Shown here: in pieces, positions 1 to 8,723 of the stretch
How positions within the stretch are numbered: position 1 is the stretch's first letter
Layout: the number at the start of each line of letters is the position of its first letter
Origin: a virus
Taxonomy: Duplodnaviria > Caudoviricetes
Direction: 5' to 3' (one strand)
DNA: 61,315 bases
IMG/VR virus record: IMGVR_UViG_3300035665_000037
Coordinates: 1-61,315 of that record
Program-made: the position numbers and the translations under genes
Notes under the pieces: model-generated
What the model was told of the DNA's origin: nothing
The model's database searches: none
The model's input: the letters and a program-made list of their open reading frames with translations, nothing else

Positions 1-54
1 CTGCAGTGGTGTTCACAGCAGTAACGATACCCTTGTTAGAAAGACCTGTAGCGT
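1..54. repeat. Terminal direct repeat (circular assembly overlap), copy 1
   Basis: CTGCAGTGGT...CCTGTAGCGT (54 nt) is identical to 61262-61315. Confidence 0.97.
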
Positions 55-412
55 TGTCAGAAATAAATACAGTCTGACCGGCACGGATAGCAATACCACT
101 TACGTTAGCATCGCTTACAGTGATGGTAGCAGAATCTGCAGCAGCAGCCGCAGAAGAGTCGCAGTTCACATATTTAGTGTGAAGACGTCCTTGTTCAGCC
201 CACTTAATCATGTCTGAGTTAGAAGGCATTTCAGCACCTACCATACGAAGGAAAGATGCGATAGTGCGATTACCATAACGCTCGAACTCCTTCTCGTAAG
301 TATCAGGAAGATACTGATTCAAGAAGTTAAAGTTGGTAATATAGTTTGTCGAAAGGGGCACCTGCTCCGCACTTGGCTGAAGCTGATAACCCGGTGAAGG
401 TAAAACTGCCAT
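1..412 (-). CDS. Major capsid protein, 5' part (continues across the junction to 60252; ~473 aa in total)
   Basis: ATG at 412 gives MAVLPSPGYQLQPSAEQVPLSTNYITNFNFLNQYLPDTYEKEFERYGNR...; joins the 60252..61277 ORF in frame through the overlap (412+1010=1422 nt); directly follows the scaffold-like gene. Confidence 0.85.
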   Translation of the reverse strand, partial: MAVLPSPGYQLQPSAEQVPLSTNYITNFNFLNQYLPDTYEKEFERYGNRTIASFLRMVGAEMPSNSDMIKWAEQGRLHTKYVNCDSSAAAAADSATITVSDANVSGIAIRAGQTVFISDNATGLSNKGIVTAVNTTA

Positions 413-430
413 TTTTGTAAATTTTAAATT

Positions 431-1534
431 TTAGATTTTTTTAATGCTGCGGATTTTGAGACTCCTGCCGGAATCCGGTGCGACCGCTTTCACCTGCACT
501 CCCCCCTTATTTACAACTTCAGGTGCTCTACGCTCTGACATATTTATATTTTTAGTCTTGCGCATTACATCATCTGTCGCATCAGCTTGTCCTTGTTCGT
601 AAAAGAACTTGGCAAACCTATCGGGGTTCATTGCAATTGACAAAGCCCTATGGTATCCTGCTGCATCCTTAATCAAGCCCTGATCATCCAAAAACTTATT
701 AATAAAGTTTGTTGGTGTTGATTGAACCTTTTTTAATTCTGACGCAGAACCGGGAGAAAACAAAATCTTCTTGTCGTCAATGTTGAACTCAAAACCTTTG
801 AACTCTTTACTAAAGACTTCGTCAGACTTTTGGTCAAACCACTTACGCTTCCGGTTGTTTTCTTCATTCAGGGTTTTTGCCTGCTGTGTATATTGACGGT
901 ATGCCTCATACTCCTCATTCTCTTCGGGAGACAAACCATTTGCTCTTGACTCAAGAGGCAGTTTGTACTTCTCCTTCTGTTCGTTGAAGTAATTCTTGGC
1001 TTCCGCAATAGCCTTTTTACGTGCGATCTTTATCTTCTTAATTTTAGACTCATCATCAATGTCTTCATCGTACGAGTAGTCCTCCATTAACACATCAATG
1101 TCTTCTTTGTCAAGACCCTTCTGTGTAGAAGCAAGATATTCACGAAGAACTTGATCAGGCTCCATTTCATCGTAGTCCTTGTTGACTTTAATAAAGTCAT
1201 CAAACCCACGGCCTGTCTCCTTCTTAAATTTCATATAAGCAGCTACGTCTTCAGGGAGAGGATCAGACTCTTGTCGTTCTGATACCAACTCATCAAAAGA
1301 GTTTATCTGCTTATTATAGCGTTTTCCAATATATGAAAGAACTTGTTCTTCTGTTAGTTCAGGCTCATCTTCTTTGGTTTGTTCTGTAGAAGTTTCAAGG
1401 TTTGACGTGTCGATTTTTATATCGTTCGTCTGTTCACCGTTCATTTCCTTCTCATGCTTTTCAAGAAGTTCTTTTTCAACTTCCTGTATGCTTTTACCTT
1501 CTGATGAGTCAAGAGCTCTTACTTTGATTTCCAT
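431..1534 (-). CDS. Putative capsid scaffolding protein
   Basis: Acidic, helical 367-aa ORF between portal and capsid genes. Confidence 0.65.
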   Translation of the reverse strand: MEIKVRALDSSEGKSIQEVEKELLEKHEKEMNGEQTNDIKIDTSNLETSTEQTKEDEPELTEEQVLSYIGKRYNKQINSFDELVSERQESDPLPEDVAAYMKFKKETGRGFDDFIKVNKDYDEMEPDQVLREYLASTQKGLDKEDIDVLMEDYSYDEDIDDESKIKKIKIARKKAIAEAKNYFNEQKEKYKLPLESRANGLSPEENEEYEAYRQYTQQAKTLNEENNRKRKWFDQKSDEVFSKEFKGFEFNIDDKKILFSPGSASELKKVQSTPTNFINKFLDDQGLIKDAAGYHRALSIAMNPDRFAKFFYEQGQADATDDVMRKTKNINMSERRAPEVVNKGGVQVKAVAPDSGRSLKIRSIKKI

Positions 1535-1555
1535 TTAATTAGATTTAATTTGATA

Positions 1556-1563
1556 CAAATTTA
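1556..1563 (-). promoter_or_regulatory. Bacteroidota-type -7 promoter element (TAAATTTG)
   Basis: Matches TAnnTTTG in the intergenic gap upstream of the scaffold/capsid genes. Confidence 0.6.
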
Positions 1564-1582
1564 TACAAAAAAACTATATTTC

Positions 1583-4018
1583 CTATCGAGGTTCAAATTC
1601 TGCTAAATCAAACCCGTCAAGCGTGTCCTCGTTAGACTCGAAGTTCATAGGAGGAAGGTTGTTTTTTCTTTGGTTAATCAGCTTGGATTGCTCCGTATTT
1701 TGCTGACTAATCCTTCTTGCCTTCTCTTTCTCCTTCATATCCTCCCTGCTCATTATAGCGGTCTCCTTAAGACCACCTAACTGCATTTGGTATTGGAACT
1801 CCTCGTTCATGAGCATTCGCTTCATCTCAGCCTCAGCTCTTAGCTTCTCAATATCGAAAGCTACCTCGGCTTGCTTAAGCTGCATCTTGGCCTGAGACTC
1901 AAGCTGAATCTTTTGCATAGCCGTTTGTGCCGCCATCTGCTGAGATTGAAGTTGTTGCTGAGCCATCATGGCCTGCTTCTGCATCTCCATCTTCTCCTGT
2001 CGGTCTTGTTTCTTTACACGTTTAACCTTAAGTAACTGATTAGCAAGCTTTATATTCTTGATTTCCCTGATGTCGATGGCATCCTCAAGGTTGATGTCTC
2101 CCTTAGACAGGGCCATTTGAATGTTGGCCTCAAGCTGAGCTTTCTGCTCTTCATCCGGAGATACCTCGATAAATATACCAAAGTCATATATGTACAAATC
2201 CTTAATCTCATTGAGTAAGGATACATTGTACTTGCCTATCTTATTAGCGAAATCATCTTTAAAGTCTGCGTATTCCAAAATATCTGCAACACGGTAGGTA
2301 AGGGCCTCAGCAAGCGACCTATAAATAAATAAGCCTCCTTCGAGAATGTGGCGTGTAGCCGTATTAGAGTTAAGTGCAGCGAGCTTTTGGACCCCTACCA
2401 ATGCGTTTGGATCAGGCGTTGAGCCATCTCTTACTTCATTCAGACCGGTTACCGACCTGATCATATCAAGGTAGTGATTGTAGTTTGCTATCAGCATCTG
2501 TGTTTTAGAAGCCCCCGAATTAGAGGTAAGCTGCTGAATAGGTATTCTTGCATTGTTGAAATCTCCCTCTTGAGTATAACTACGTCCGATGACGCTACCC
2601 GTTTGGAAGTAAAGACGCAACGCATCTTCAGGATTGTATGCCTGACCTGTACCCAAGTCTACTTCATTGAGACCATCGGCATCAATGAATACACCATCAG
2701 GAACAGTACGAGCAATAACCTGCTGAAGCTTTAAGTGAGTAAGTTGAATTAAGTCAGCGAATGGAACCATTCTACGTACAAGAGATTCAATAACCCCTTT
2801 GTACATTCTTGGTGCAACCGCTATATAATTTGGTAACGCATGTTGAGATGTTGACTTTGGTCTTACCATGTTCTCTGACATCTTCCATTTAAGCAAGATG
2901 TTAGTACCCATAACCATCACACCTTCATACCATACGTCAATAGTCTTTTCTATTTTTTCAAACTTTCCTTCCTCCATCATTTCATAAGGAGGGTTGAACT
3001 GATCATCTTTCTCAATCATTCTTGTTCCACCACCATCAAGAATTTTTTTCTTGTAAACAATTTTCTTGGTGCTCTTATAGTTGAAATAAAGAAGTGTTGC
3101 TGTATCACGATAGAACAAACTGTTCTCATAAAAACGTGCTACGTTGTAGTAGTCATACCAACTCTGAGAGTACATAGATATTTCTTGCAACTGCTCACGT
3201 GTAAGTGTTGGATCAATCTTCAACAACTCTGTAATTGGAAGCGTTTTAATTTCTCCCCAATAAAAACAATCCTGAAAGAATGGATCTTCTGTATAGCTAT
3301 ATACAATATTTGCAGGATCTACATACGAAATTTGAACACCGGCTCCGGGAAGGAACTCGTGCTTTGCACAACCAATACCAAGTACAGTAATATCGTAGTC
3401 AATACGCTTACGTGTATCTTGATAATGATTCTCATCAAATAGTGTATTGATCGCTTCTTCTTCAGCAATCTCAATTGCAGGCTTATAATTAAGCTGCATA
3501 TATAGTGATAATTCTTCGTCAGTTTCAGGAAGCTCATCAGGGTCCATCATAAATGGATTGGCACCCGTTTCTTGTTGAATAGTAGTAAGAACATCTTTCG
3601 CAGCCATCTGTCCCTCGATCATATCTTGGTACTTGCTGCGCTTTGATTGTGACATTGCATCTTGTGCGTATGCTTTCACTTTGAACAAGCGATCTGACAT
3701 ACCATTCACAACAATGTCTACAAACTTTGGTAAAATAGGTACAGGCGTCCAATCTAAATTTAGATATGACAAATCTCCGTCTATTGCAAGTTCATTTTTA
3801 TACTTCTGCACAGACTGTTCACCACGAGCATATAATCTCAGTCTATGGAAATCACGCCATTGACTGTAATATCTGCATTGATTACCATCTTTGCGAAACC
3901 ACTCGTATTGGATCGCTTGACCTACCTGTAGACCAAACGCATCGGAAGCTTTCTCTGCATCAGTTACAAACTGACCCGGAAAGCCTGTTGCGGATATGTT
4001 AACTACTACATCTTTCAT
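1583..4018 (-). CDS. Portal protein
   Basis: 811 aa directly after the terminase; LNLDWTPVPILPKFVDIVVNG motif; Gln-rich coiled-coil C-terminus. Confidence 0.8.
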   Translation of the reverse strand: MKDVVVNISATGFPGQFVTDAEKASDAFGLQVGQAIQYEWFRKDGNQCRYYSQWRDFHRLRLYARGEQSVQKYKNELAIDGDLSYLNLDWTPVPILPKFVDIVVNGMSDRLFKVKAYAQDAMSQSKRSKYQDMIEGQMAAKDVLTTIQQETGANPFMMDPDELPETDEELSLYMQLNYKPAIEIAEEEAINTLFDENHYQDTRKRIDYDITVLGIGCAKHEFLPGAGVQISYVDPANIVYSYTEDPFFQDCFYWGEIKTLPITELLKIDPTLTREQLQEISMYSQSWYDYYNVARFYENSLFYRDTATLLYFNYKSTKKIVYKKKILDGGGTRMIEKDDQFNPPYEMMEEGKFEKIEKTIDVWYEGVMVMGTNILLKWKMSENMVRPKSTSQHALPNYIAVAPRMYKGVIESLVRRMVPFADLIQLTHLKLQQVIARTVPDGVFIDADGLNEVDLGTGQAYNPEDALRLYFQTGSVIGRSYTQEGDFNNARIPIQQLTSNSGASKTQMLIANYNHYLDMIRSVTGLNEVRDGSTPDPNALVGVQKLAALNSNTATRHILEGGLFIYRSLAEALTYRVADILEYADFKDDFANKIGKYNVSLLNEIKDLYIYDFGIFIEVSPDEEQKAQLEANIQMALSKGDINLEDAIDIREIKNIKLANQLLKVKRVKKQDRQEKMEMQKQAMMAQQQLQSQQMAAQTAMQKIQLESQAKMQLKQAEVAFDIEKLRAEAEMKRMLMNEEFQYQMQLGGLKETAIMSREDMKEKEKARRISQQNTEQSKLINQRKNNLPPMNFESNEDTLDGFDLAEFEPR

Positions 4019-6255
4019 TTAATAAGTTCACTTAGTGTTCCACCATTAGTGTACCTTGCGAAATTAATACTAATTTTCGACTCTTTTTTCTCAGGTAAAT
4101 ATACATGTTTTTGGTTTGCCATAATAGCTAAACCTGAACTAATAGAAGCATCATGCTTAGTTCTGTCATTAATATCAAATTTTGCCCAATCTTCAAGAGT
4201 CCTTATGAACGGCATTGCACCCATTTCATCCGGATCTCTATAGGTTCCGGTTAGGTCAATACCGATGTATTTTTCTATGTATGTTTCAATTGCCGAAGCA
4301 TGAGCTTGCTTTACTTCCTCCGAAGAGTTCGGTATACCACCAAGCTCCCTTTCAGTTTTACTCAACTTATTGAGTATCCTGTCAGGTCGGTTCATTGAAA
4401 ACGCACGATACCCTCTGTTCTTAAAGTGGTACAATAAACGAGGCTTGTTGTTCTCGGCAAGCACCGGCATCCCATAAAACACGCAAGCCATTAAAACGTC
4501 CTCAAAAAATATCTCAGCCGTCTGAGGTCTTGCTATGTATTCTAAGAAAAACTGACTAACCGGGGCGTCATCCATGTGGTATTTGGTCATCCCATGTAGC
4601 GATCCGTTAGATCCTCTACCTCCAACCACTGCCGATATATCGTATGGGTCACAGCCAAATGATCCAAGATGCTCGTTCCCGGGGTACTTTACCCCATTCC
4701 TTGTAGCCACATTGTTCTGAATATTAGGTGGTGGAAACCAACTCACAAGGAACCGGCCTCTTTGGTCCGGGGTCCATACCACCTTGGTATCCTTTTCCCC
4801 GTCCTTCCAATGAAAGGTACCACGTGTATAGGTATGCTCAGGAATCTGAGAATCATTATAGTCAATCTGTTGGTATATCTTGGTCAGGTTGAATATAGCA
4901 GACTTGCTCTCGTCACGAAAAGCATGGCTTTCAGTGCGAGGAAACTGACGATAGAACTCATTCAGCGCATCGGCATCACTCTTAAGTGATTCAACCTCAG
5001 CCTCCCAATAGTCTATGGCTCCGTTGGTAATCATCCCCCCATCTACACCACGAATAGGCTCTGTCGGCTTTCTAAATACCGGCATACCGTATATATCAAT
5101 GAACCCTTCCATGTTCCATTCCATAGGAATAAATAGGGAATAGAGTCCGCTTTTAGTCTGCCCGTTAGCGTTCCGATTATTTACGGACGAATCCTCGTAC
5201 AATTTCTTGTAGTTATCTCCCCCTTTGCTTAGAGCGTTTGAGGTAGACCCCATCATACACTTGCCCACAATCTTGCTACCAACCCTAAGACAGGTCTTTG
5301 TTACCCTCCAATTGTTCAGGATATTGTTTGGCTTTACCCACTTTGCGCTCTCATCGTGCGCAAGAAACAGTAGCTTTTCACCGTCATAAGAGTTCTCCTC
5401 AGTGTTCTTCCAATCTATCGTGGTGTCGAGACCATCGACACCGCTTCCTTCGGCAGTGTTGGTCATGTTCTTCTTAGTAATCTTTGAAGCCGGTACTCTG
5501 TAGGCAAGCTCAGTCTTAGGCTTGTCCATACCATCCATGATCGGCCGGAAGAAGAATGGCAGCCTGCTATTGATTGGCACCACCTTGTCTGTGAACATCT
5601 TCTTGGCGTCCGCACCCGTTTTAGACAAGATACCTATCCTTGAGTCCCGGGCAAGAGTGGCTAAATTAACGCACTCTGAGGAAGACATAAAGGAAAAGCC
5701 TGAACGTCTGATCTTTAGGTATATCATACCAAAGCACCTTGGGTCTGCCCGGCACGCCTCCCAAAAGATAAAGAATATCCTGTTGGCCTCCCGGTAATCA
5801 GGATAGCCTACGTCAATACTTGACCATTGTAAGTACATGTAGTGAGATCCGGTAACATAGCATGACTTACCATTATTCATAAACCAAAAGCCATTTTCAC
5901 GATAGTCGAACTCCTGCTCAATGTAATCCACCCACCGGTTCTTAAACTCGGCAGGCATCTCGTTCCATTGGAAGATAGACTGAATCTTAGATAGTTCTTT
6001 TGGTAAATCCCTGCGCTCCCAATACTGCTCAGAAGAAATTGAGTCTCTGCTATAACACTCCTTTGGTACTGCCGGTAGGGCAATAATTAGCCCTTCGATA
6101 TTTATGATCTGTCCAATCTGTCCTGTCTTGGAGATAACCACCATATCGTACTGCTCGTTATACCCATACTTCCAAGACCGTACTCCGTTCTTTTTTGATA
6201 TGGCATTCTGTGGCACATGGTCTTTAACGACCCGATATAGACCTTCGTTCTGCAA
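4015..6255 (-). CDS. terL: Terminase large subunit
   Basis: Walker A-like KIRRSGFS, Walker B LAHDE, GSTSN coupling motif, RNase H-like GCDPYD and C-terminal HDASISSG. Confidence 0.9.
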   Translation of the reverse strand: MQNEGLYRVVKDHVPQNAISKKNGVRSWKYGYNEQYDMVVISKTGQIGQIINIEGLIIALPAVPKECYSRDSISSEQYWERRDLPKELSKIQSIFQWNEMPAEFKNRWVDYIEQEFDYRENGFWFMNNGKSCYVTGSHYMYLQWSSIDVGYPDYREANRIFFIFWEACRADPRCFGMIYLKIRRSGFSFMSSSECVNLATLARDSRIGILSKTGADAKKMFTDKVVPINSRLPFFFRPIMDGMDKPKTELAYRVPASKITKKNMTNTAEGSGVDGLDTTIDWKNTEENSYDGEKLLFLAHDESAKWVKPNNILNNWRVTKTCLRVGSKIVGKCMMGSTSNALSKGGDNYKKLYEDSSVNNRNANGQTKSGLYSLFIPMEWNMEGFIDIYGMPVFRKPTEPIRGVDGGMITNGAIDYWEAEVESLKSDADALNEFYRQFPRTESHAFRDESKSAIFNLTKIYQQIDYNDSQIPEHTYTRGTFHWKDGEKDTKVVWTPDQRGRFLVSWFPPPNIQNNVATRNGVKYPGNEHLGSFGCDPYDISAVVGGRGSNGSLHGMTKYHMDDAPVSQFFLEYIARPQTAEIFFEDVLMACVFYGMPVLAENNKPRLLYHFKNRGYRAFSMNRPDRILNKLSKTERELGGIPNSSEEVKQAHASAIETYIEKYIGIDLTGTYRDPDEMGAMPFIRTLEDWAKFDINDRTKHDASISSGLAIMANQKHVYLPEKKESKISINFARYTNGGTLSELIK

Positions 6256-6517
6256 ATCCTTGTTTTGTATCTGTTCTGTTTACTCCGTTTTCAAGCATCT
6301 CGAGTCCTTCTCGCTCTGCCTCTATTCTGTTTAAAATCTCAAAAGCATCGAAGATGGCAAGCTTCTTAGTTGCTGCTGCATTCTTTAACCTGTCAGCCGC
6401 AAGCTCATCATCCGGATCAGGCTTGATAATATCTTCCTTAGCCACCTTGATGAGCTGCTCAACTGCCCGGTATCCTGCAGCAATTATATCGGTCTTAAGT
6501 TCTTTTACATCTTTCAT
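6224..6517 (-). CDS. Putative terminase small subunit
   Basis: 97-aa helical ORF overlapping the terL start. Confidence 0.5.
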   Translation of the reverse strand: MKDVKELKTDIIAAGYRAVEQLIKVAKEDIIKPDPDDELAADRLKNAAATKKLAIFDAFEILNRIEAEREGLEMLENGVNRTDTKQGFAERRSISGR

Positions 6518-7077
6518 AGCACAATCGTTATTTGATGATCATACATTCTATACAGCTTCTCACCATCTACCTCAAACTCATACTCACTATCAGGCTTGAA
6601 ACAAACCTTGTCGCCCTGACCTACACCTTGTGAAACAAGATATGCGTTAGGGTATACCATCTCTCCCATAAGAGGCTCATGGGTAAATGGCTTTTTGATG
6701 TAGGATTCAGTAGCAGGGATTGGCTTTACAAAGCAGTACCTGTCATAGGTATGCCACTTGCCATCTTGTTTATATAGAAAGAATTGATCGGGATCAATTA
6801 AGAACACGTCATCACGAAAGAAAGAGCGACCGCTTTTCTGCCGGCCTCTCATGTCGTTATAAAACTTGAATACGTTATGATGCACAAGAAGGGTATCACC
6901 TTTCTTAACAGGTCCATCATATTTATAGGGAACCTCTTCCACTATAGCATAGCGGTTAGAGAACTTGTGGTCCTCTTCAGAAGTGTTTATAATTAAGTCG
7001 ATGCCACCTACCTGCTTGGTGTTGGAATACCTTGTTCCTTCTTGTGGCTTTACAATAAAGTTGAATAGAGACTGCAT
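6514..7077 (-). CDS. Tandem GroES-like (two-domain) co-chaperonin-like protein
   Basis: Two repeats with the GroES pattern: FIVKP..GGIDLII..VKKGDTLL and CFVKP..VGQGDKVCF..EFEVDGEKLYRM..ITIVL. Confidence 0.55.
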   Translation of the reverse strand: MQSLFNFIVKPQEGTRYSNTKQVGGIDLIINTSEEDHKFSNRYAIVEEVPYKYDGPVKKGDTLLVHHNVFKFYNDMRGRQKSGRSFFRDDVFLIDPDQFFLYKQDGKWHTYDRYCFVKPIPATESYIKKPFTHEPLMGEMVYPNAYLVSQGVGQGDKVCFKPDSEYEFEVDGEKLYRMYDHQITIVL

Positions 7078-7304
7078 CAGTAGTTTATATTATATTCGAT
7101 GGCAAAAGGAATAGTGTGGTTGAACTCCTTCCACAATAGCACCTCCTGCTTTTCGTTTATAATATAAATTCTAATTGAACCTACTTGTGGTTCAAACTTT
7201 ATGAGGTGTATCTCGTATGTATCATTAAGAACCTTCTGACCAACAAGGTAGTGCATTGCACCTCCCTTGTAGTCGGGCCCTACCGATATTTTCCTTATGT
7301 CCAT
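7077..7304 (-). CDS. Hypothetical phage protein
   Basis: 75 aa, abuts the next gene, A-rich leader. Confidence 0.7.
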   Translation of the reverse strand: MDIRKISVGPDYKGGAMHYLVGQKVLNDTYEIHLIKFEPQVGSIRIYIINEKQEVLLWKEFNHTIPFAIEYNINY

Positions 7305-7331
7305 TCAATTTGATTTAATTTAATTGTAAAG

Positions 7332-7568
7332 TTAGTGAACTACACCGAGATAATCAGTACCTGTTATGCGATAAACATTCCCGGCTACCAACCCTGCAGC
7401 CAATGCGGCAGCGTTATTCGCATACACGGGGACGTTTGGTAATGGAAGAGCAAGTATATCTCCCACTGTAAAATTTTTTGTTTTGTTGCTGTCTTCAGCG
7501 TCTGTGCCGATCAGTTTATCAGCATAGGTTACGTTGTTGTCTGTTGCGTAAGAATTAATGTTTGCCAT
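7332..7568 (-). CDS. Small virion-associated protein sharing its N-terminal module with the 1939-aa fibre
   Basis: MANINSY..DKLIGTDAEDSNKTKNFTVGDI vs MAKISTY..DLLIGTDVENLNNTKNFTISEI. Confidence 0.65.
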   Translation of the reverse strand: MANINSYATDNNVTYADKLIGTDAEDSNKTKNFTVGDILALPLPNVPVYANNAAALAAGLVAGNVYRITGTDYLGVVH

Positions 7569-7579
7569 TTTATTAAATT

Positions 7580-8050
7580 TTAGCAGATAATACTTCCATT
7601 TATAGTAACATAAGCATAGTTAGCTCCTGTAGATATAGTAATAAAATATGAACATCCTCCTGCCGAAGATGGACAACCCGTGCTATCTCCTCCAACTGAC
7701 TCTCCATTTACACCTGAAAGTTCTATGCTATCTCCATTTGATAATCCTGTAATAGTGGCAAAAAATGTACAAGTACCGGAACCAACATTTCCTAAATTTA
7801 CTTTATTACCACCATTTACACTATACGCCAAACTTGCTGATGTACTTACGTACTTAGCATATATAAACAAATCAGTAGATGATGTGCAAGCCTGTACTGC
7901 GGATACAACTCCTGCACCACCTGTAACTGTATACACATTTATTCCATCAGAATACTCACCATTACTTGCAGTAGTAGTAAGTGCTTCATTGGTATATAAC
8001 GTACAACTTGTCGTTATCGGATTACACAAAGTATATATAGTAAGTGCCAT
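7580..8050 (-). CDS. Cys/Gly/Thr-rich putative virion decoration protein
   Basis: LYTNEALTTTASNGEYSDG motif shared with 51679..52938 and 52950..53195. Confidence 0.6.
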   Translation of the reverse strand: MALTIYTLCNPITTSCTLYTNEALTTTASNGEYSDGINVYTVTGGAGVVSAVQACTSSTDLFIYAKYVSTSASLAYSVNGGNKVNLGNVGSGTCTFFATITGLSNGDSIELSGVNGESVGGDSTGCPSSAGGCSYFITISTGANYAYVTINGSIIC

Positions 8051-8059
8051 ATCTATTAA

Positions 8060-8368
8060 TTAACAATCAAAGCATCCGCAATAAGCGTCATAATCTATAC
8101 AAGCCTGACTCTTGCTGCTTGAATCATATCCCATGCAATAAGCCCATGAAGCCTGCAAATCAGATTTCACAACAAGTTGATTGCTTGACTTAGCTGCATA
8201 AGAAGCTTTGTTTGGATTCAAGTATATATAATTAGCTGCTGTAGACTTTGTTATCTCTCTGCCATCAGAAGTAAAGCTACCCTTTTGTTGGAACACGCCA
8301 TTACTAATAGCATTTGATAAATTGCTACGAGACACACACTGATTATTTGCTAAATCATTCCAAGCCAT
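8060..8368 (-). CDS. Putative tail-fibre-associated protein with Cys-rich C-terminus
   Basis: 102 aa in the fibre operon; ends YCMGYDSSSKSQACIDYDAYCGCFDC. Confidence 0.6.
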   Translation of the reverse strand: MAWNDLANNQCVSRSNLSNAISNGVFQQKGSFTSDGREITKSTAANYIYLNPNKASYAAKSSNQLVVKSDLQASWAYCMGYDSSSKSQACIDYDAYCGCFDC

Positions 8369-8370
8369 AA

Positions 8371-8721
8371 TTATGCGTTAGGTTCTGTTATTTCAGGTTG
8401 AGGAGGTTCGGGCTGAGGAGGAGTCGGAGGTACATACTCTCCTGTTATAACAAGATTAAGTTGCTCAGCTACCCAATTGTAAGCATACTCATTTGTATCC
8501 CAATTGTCATAAGCTTCTCCTGTCATGGAGATGTTTCCACCAACAAGCCCCACAACCCTAACAGTAGGATTAGGAATACCATCGTAAACTACTTCTTTCA
8601 TTAATTCATAATTGAACGTAGCTGAAGTTTGAAGATTGTCTCCTGAACAAAAAACATTAAGGATAGTAGCTTCTACTTCCTGTCCACTGTACCATACTTG
8701 AGTAGGTTGAATTGTTTTCAT
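8371..8721 (-). CDS. Putative tail fibre assembly/accessory protein
   Basis: 116 aa immediately downstream of the fibre gene. Confidence 0.55.
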   Translation of the reverse strand: MKTIQPTQVWYSGQEVEATILNVFCSGDNLQTSATFNYELMKEVVYDGIPNPTVRVVGLVGGNISMTGEAYDNWDTNEYAYNWVAEQLNLVITGEYVPPTPPQPEPPQPEITEPNA

Positions 8722-8723
8722 TT

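Noticed and set aside
1-54. Terminal repeat as a biological DTR
   Set aside because: It is only 54 nt and falls mid-gene in the capsid ORF, which fits an assembler overlap of a circular contig
1501-1530. CTGATGAG as a second hammerhead core
   Set aside because: No stem II followed by GAAA, and it lies antisense within a CDS
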